From the NCBI GenBank assembly GCA_011364965.1, contig RDOB01000002.1, forward strand, positions 160,001 through 224,000: a DNA stretch of 64,000 bases, given 5' to 3'. The DNA is from Candidatus Heimdallarchaeota archaeon. Lineage in GTDB: Archaea; Asgardarchaeota; Heimdallarchaeia; Hodarchaeales; Hodarchaeaceae. A program made the position numbers and the translations under genes. Under the pieces are notes generated by a model. It saw nothing but the letters and a program-made list of their open reading frames with translations. It searched no databases and was not told where the DNA came from. Positions 60,641 to 64,000 of the stretch are shown here, one piece after another. The stretch's first letter is position 1, and every line of letters begins with the position of its first letter.

Positions 60641-63366
60641 AGTTCTCTCCCACATTGGAAACAATATTTCGATTCGTCAGAATATCTCTTTGAGTTGCAT
60701 CTAGGGCACATTTGAAGAGTTTCTAACCCCGCATGTTTTGGGATCCGCTGTTGCTTTTGCTTATGAAATTCTCGTGCAAGTTTTTGTTCAATTGGCGAAA
60801 CAGGTTGCTTCTGGCGTGACATTATTAGATAATAAGTAACCCCTAGTAAGACAATTCCTCCCAACATTATCAAAAGAAAGTAATCTGGAGTAGCGGGGTT
60901 ATAAACCTCAATAATATATAAACCATTTGTTGGAGCATAGTTTTCTAAGGTAATACTTAACCAAAGAAGTGCTTTTCCATATATTACAGGAACCCATGAA
61001 CCAAAATATATATTATTAACATGTTTGAGAGTTGTTTGGGTGTAAGAATAGTTAGCTTCAATTATAGTACTCATTATGACATCTGAATGAAATGAGGCTT
61101 CTTTTACCTGAATTTGTATCCCTGTACTCATTCCCATGGTTGGTTCAGCTGTTAATAGAACTTCCAAAGGAACCTGTTGGTCACGAATTAACCAATTGAA
61201 TATTGATGTAACTACCATTAAATTGTCAATAATATCTGTTTTGGATAGAATAGCTGCATCACTAAATGGAATCATACCACCGAAGACAATAACTTTACCT
61301 TTTGAATCTGAATCCTCCCAATATGCTCCAATAACATGTTCGGTGTTTGAGGATGATGAAGTGTCAATGGCATTAGCAAGAGGATGAGTATTTGCATTTC
61401 CACTCAATTTAAGAGATGTTCCAACATAATTAAATTTCATTCCCTCGTTATTAAGCATATCAACCGATTCTACTATTCTTGCTTCAGAAAATCGGGTTAA
61501 ATTAGAAAAATCATTTTCAATCTCTACCCCGTAAAGCGAGAGAAGCCTGTTTATACTTGATTGATTTGATAAAGTCTCCCATCCTCCAATAAGTCGTGAA
61601 GGGTAAGATAAAACTATAAGGGAGTGTCCTTTTGCAATCCAATTTTGAATAACACTGATATCCCTATCTGACATTCCAAATTCAATATCAGCTAGTACCA
61701 AAATATGTTTACCTTTAAGGTCGTCTTCCAAAATACTTTTTGTTCCACTAGCAGTGTGAATCAAAGATCCAGTTGGATTCAATTCACTATTTTCTCGGAT
61801 GATACCTAAAGTTTCCATACCATAATTATTTTCTAGAATTTTCGAAAGTTGACTGAATTCTCCTGTTGGTCCAGATGGGATAAACGTATCATTATCATAT
61901 CCTTGGTAAAATACAATATTTCCCCCTGGATATCTATTAGCAATAGAGATAGAAAGATTAGTGGTCAGGTTATTTGTAAAATTCAAAATAAAACTTCCTT
62001 CTCTAAGATTCATTGTTAAATTGTCAGGGATATGAATTGATAAACTAAAGTTAGACCATCCCTGAGGGATTGTAAGATTGGTCGAAATTCCAAATATATA
62101 TGGTAATTCATCAGAAATATTGGAAACGGGGTATGATTGAAAGGAAGTATAGTTAAATAAAACTGTATCGGAAGTAGAATAAATTCTAATCGTGTAATTT
62201 CGTACAATTCCGTTAATTGAATGGCCAAAAAAGGTAAATAATGATGAGATTTTTCGTGGAGCTAAAGATATCAAATCTTTTTCTTGTTTCATCACTGAAA
62301 TTAATTGATTATAAGCTTGAGTTATATCTAACAATCCATTTCCTTGGAAAGAGGGCGATGTGTGATTCAGAAATTTCGCAGAATTCATAAGAATTGCTTT
62401 TAGGAGTGATGGAGGGGTGTTTGAAAATTCCTCCAAGAGTAACGCAATTGCCCCTGTGACAAATGGAGCTGCAAAAGATGTACCAGTATTACTTGCAACC
62501 TGAGAATTATGATCATAACCAATTATATTAACACCTGGGGCGATTAAATCTGGGCCAAGAATGCCAGATGGCCGAGGGCCACTTGAAGATGTCGTGGCGA
62601 CATGGGTTGAGTTATAAGCCATGCCTACAGAAATAACTTCAGTATAAATCCCAGGAGTCGTGAGGCTAGTGCCAAAAGGGCCAGAATTGCCAGCAGAAGT
62701 AATTAGAGTAATATTTCTTTCACTAATCTCGTTCAAAATCGATATTGGAAGGGTAGCGATTGAAGAACCAAGTGAAACCTGTATTATCGAAACATTAAGG
62801 TCGAGAGCGAGATTTAAACCATCGATAAACCAGTCTATATTAGAAAATCCTTCTTGATTGGCTATTTTAATGCTATAAATCGTAGCATTTGGCGCAATTT
62901 TAGAGATGATTCCTGCAACAAATGTCCCATGCCCATTATCATCATCAGTAAGGTTTGAGTAAGGAATTGTGGTAAATTTTCCTGCTAAACTTGAAATCCA
63001 AGGATTCAAACTAATACCTGTATCCAAAACTGCAATAGAAACATTTTCACCAGTGAAATTTGATGGTAATGGATTTGTGCGCGAATATATTTCATTGAAA
63101 ATCATTTCTATATCTTCTGTATTAGATTGTCTTATGGAAGGACCATTAGACAACTCATTTAGGAATATAACCCTCTCTGCTATAACTTGCCTGTCAAAAG
63201 AGTATATACTGTCATCACTTCCTGATTTGATGGCAATAACCTGACTTGAGTAGTTAATATTACTTAAAAATGATAGAATCATCACTATCAATATAATTGA
63301 CGCTTTTTTCATTATTAATTTCCAAAAGGGCATGTCGATGGTTTCCATTTCGTTCCTAGTTCTCAA
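60637..63366 (-). CDS. Membrane-anchored S8 subtilase, MBTPS1-like, with a cytoplasmic C-terminal Zn ribbon
   Basis: LDTG, GHGTFVAG, WFIDG, AGNSGP, GTSFAAP; GATase-like domain; TM; CPRC..CFQC. The start may be a downstream ATG. Confidence 0.9.
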   Translation of the reverse strand: MRTRNEMETIDMPFWKLIMKKASIILIVMILSFLSNINYSSQVIAIKSGSDDSIYSFDRQVIAERVIFLNELSNGPSIRQSNTEDIEMIFNEIYSRTNPLPSNFTGENVSIAVLDTGISLNPWISSLAGKFTTIPYSNLTDDDNGHGTFVAGIISKIAPNATIYSIKIANQEGFSNIDWFIDGLNLALDLNVSIIQVSLGSSIATLPISILNEISERNITLITSAGNSGPFGTSLTTPGIYTEVISVGMAYNSTHVATTSSSGPRPSGILGPDLIAPGVNIIGYDHNSQVASNTGTSFAAPFVTGAIALLLEEFSNTPPSLLKAILMNSAKFLNHTSPSFQGNGLLDITQAYNQLISVMKQEKDLISLAPRKISSLFTFFGHSINGIVRNYTIRIYSTSDTVLFNYTSFQSYPVSNISDELPYIFGISTNLTIPQGWSNFSLSIHIPDNLTMNLREGSFILNFTNNLTTNLSISIANRYPGGNIVFYQGYDNDTFIPSGPTGEFSQLSKILENNYGMETLGIIRENSELNPTGSLIHTASGTKSILEDDLKGKHILVLADIEFGMSDRDISVIQNWIAKGHSLIVLSYPSRLIGGWETLSNQSSINRLLSLYGVEIENDFSNLTRFSEARIVESVDMLNNEGMKFNYVGTSLKLSGNANTHPLANAIDTSSSSNTEHVIGAYWEDSDSKGKVIVFGGMIPFSDAAILSKTDIIDNLMVVTSIFNWLIRDQQVPLEVLLTAEPTMGMSTGIQIQVKEASFHSDVIMSTIIEANYSYTQTTLKHVNNIYFGSWVPVIYGKALLWLSITLENYAPTNGLYIIEVYNPATPDYFLLIMLGGIVLLGVTYYLIMSRQKQPVSPIEQKLAREFHKQKQQRIPKHAGLETLQMCPRCNSKRYSDESKYCFQCGREL

Positions 63367-64000
63367 TTACGTGAGAATTGAAAAAATCTCATTAATAGAT
63401 TCTATTTCAACTGAAGGTATTATTTTTTCTTTTAGATGATGGTCTGATATACCGGTTTGTACTAAAATTGTATCCATACCAGCATTGATTCCAGCAGCAA
63501 TATCCGTGGAAAGTCTATCCCCAATAAACACTGCTTCACTATAATTTGTACAATTCATTTCTACACAAATGAGATCTATAAGATATCGATCAGGTTTTCC
63601 TAGAATTCGATCAGGTTCCTTTCCACAAGCTGTCGACAAAGCTGCAATTCCTGCGCCTGCTCCAGGAACGAGAAAATCCTCAATCGGATAACTATTATCT
63701 GGATTTGTGCCTAAAAAGAGTCCGTTATCATATAAAATAATTCTCATTGCATCCGCAAGTTTTCTCCATGTTAATTGCCTATCCCAGCCAATAACAACCG
63801 AATCTAAATTCATTTCGTATATATCAGTTGTATAAATTGATTGTATTTGCAATTCTTCAACTAAACCCTTCTCTCCTATAACAAATGATCGCTTATGATC
63901 ATGTTCTTTCAAATATATTGCTGCTCCATATGCTGAATTTACTATAAAATAATGCTCTGGGTCAAAATCCAAGGAGGTAAATTTTCTTCTGAAGCCCTCT
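63367..64000 (-). CDS. HAD-IIA (NagD-like) phosphatase, 5' end off the window
   Basis: TNPD, PGAG, GKP, IGDRLSTDI, VQTG. The frame is open to the window edge. Confidence 0.92.
   Translation of the reverse strand, partial: EGFRRKFTSLDFDPEHYFIVNSAYGAAIYLKEHDHKRSFVIGEKGLVEELQIQSIYTTDIYEMNLDSVVIGWDRQLTWRKLADAMRIILYDNGLFLGTNPDNSYPIEDFLVPGAGAGIAALSTACGKEPDRILGKPDRYLIDLICVEMNCTNYSEAVFIGDRLSTDIAAGINAGMDTILVQTGISDHHLKEKIIPSVEIESINEIFSILT

Noticed and set aside
2855-63244. Numerous 60-117-aa ORFs antisense to or out of frame within long genes (e.g. 3173-3511, 10346-10666, 23238-23591, 26594-26935, 34664-34981, 51439-51732)
   Set aside because: They are shadow ORFs of well-supported genes and carry no motifs

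Overview
AT-rich, gene-dense archaeal chromosome segment that reads as Asgard archaea, most likely Heimdallarchaeia/Hodarchaeales. This assignment is inferred from a Pol-epsilon-type family B polymerase, four Rab-like small GTPases, a gelsolin-domain protein, a longin/DENN-type protein, SNAP-like TPR proteins and archaeal SD/TATA signals. I count about 51 CDSs, one tRNA-Cys(GCA) and one candidate structured ncRNA. No CRISPR, rRNA, transposase or integrase was seen. Housekeeping content covers ornithine catabolism, dut/dcd/adk, class II HMG-CoA reductase, glycosyltransferases, and DHH and HAD phosphatases. The most notable signals are: (1) a 288-aa hypothetical protein that resembles kinetochore CENP-N/Chl4 along its whole length, encoded between a Rab-like GTPase and a site-1-protease-like subtilase; (2) a three-gene operon with an FLCN/SMCR8-like longin carrying the arginine-finger motif fused to a SNAP-like solenoid, plus a solenoid-acidic hinge-triple Ig protein; (3) a Pol epsilon homologue with the CysX Fe-S motif, an extra 4-Cys insert and a basic NLS-like tail; (4) three nuclease-less gamma-class amino-methyltransferases next to a PIP-box MutY-like glycosylase; (5) two MBTPS1/S1P-like membrane proteases; (6) a ~170-nt intergenic foldback RNA candidate. 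All family comparisons were made by eye from remembered sequences and need HMM or structure confirmation.
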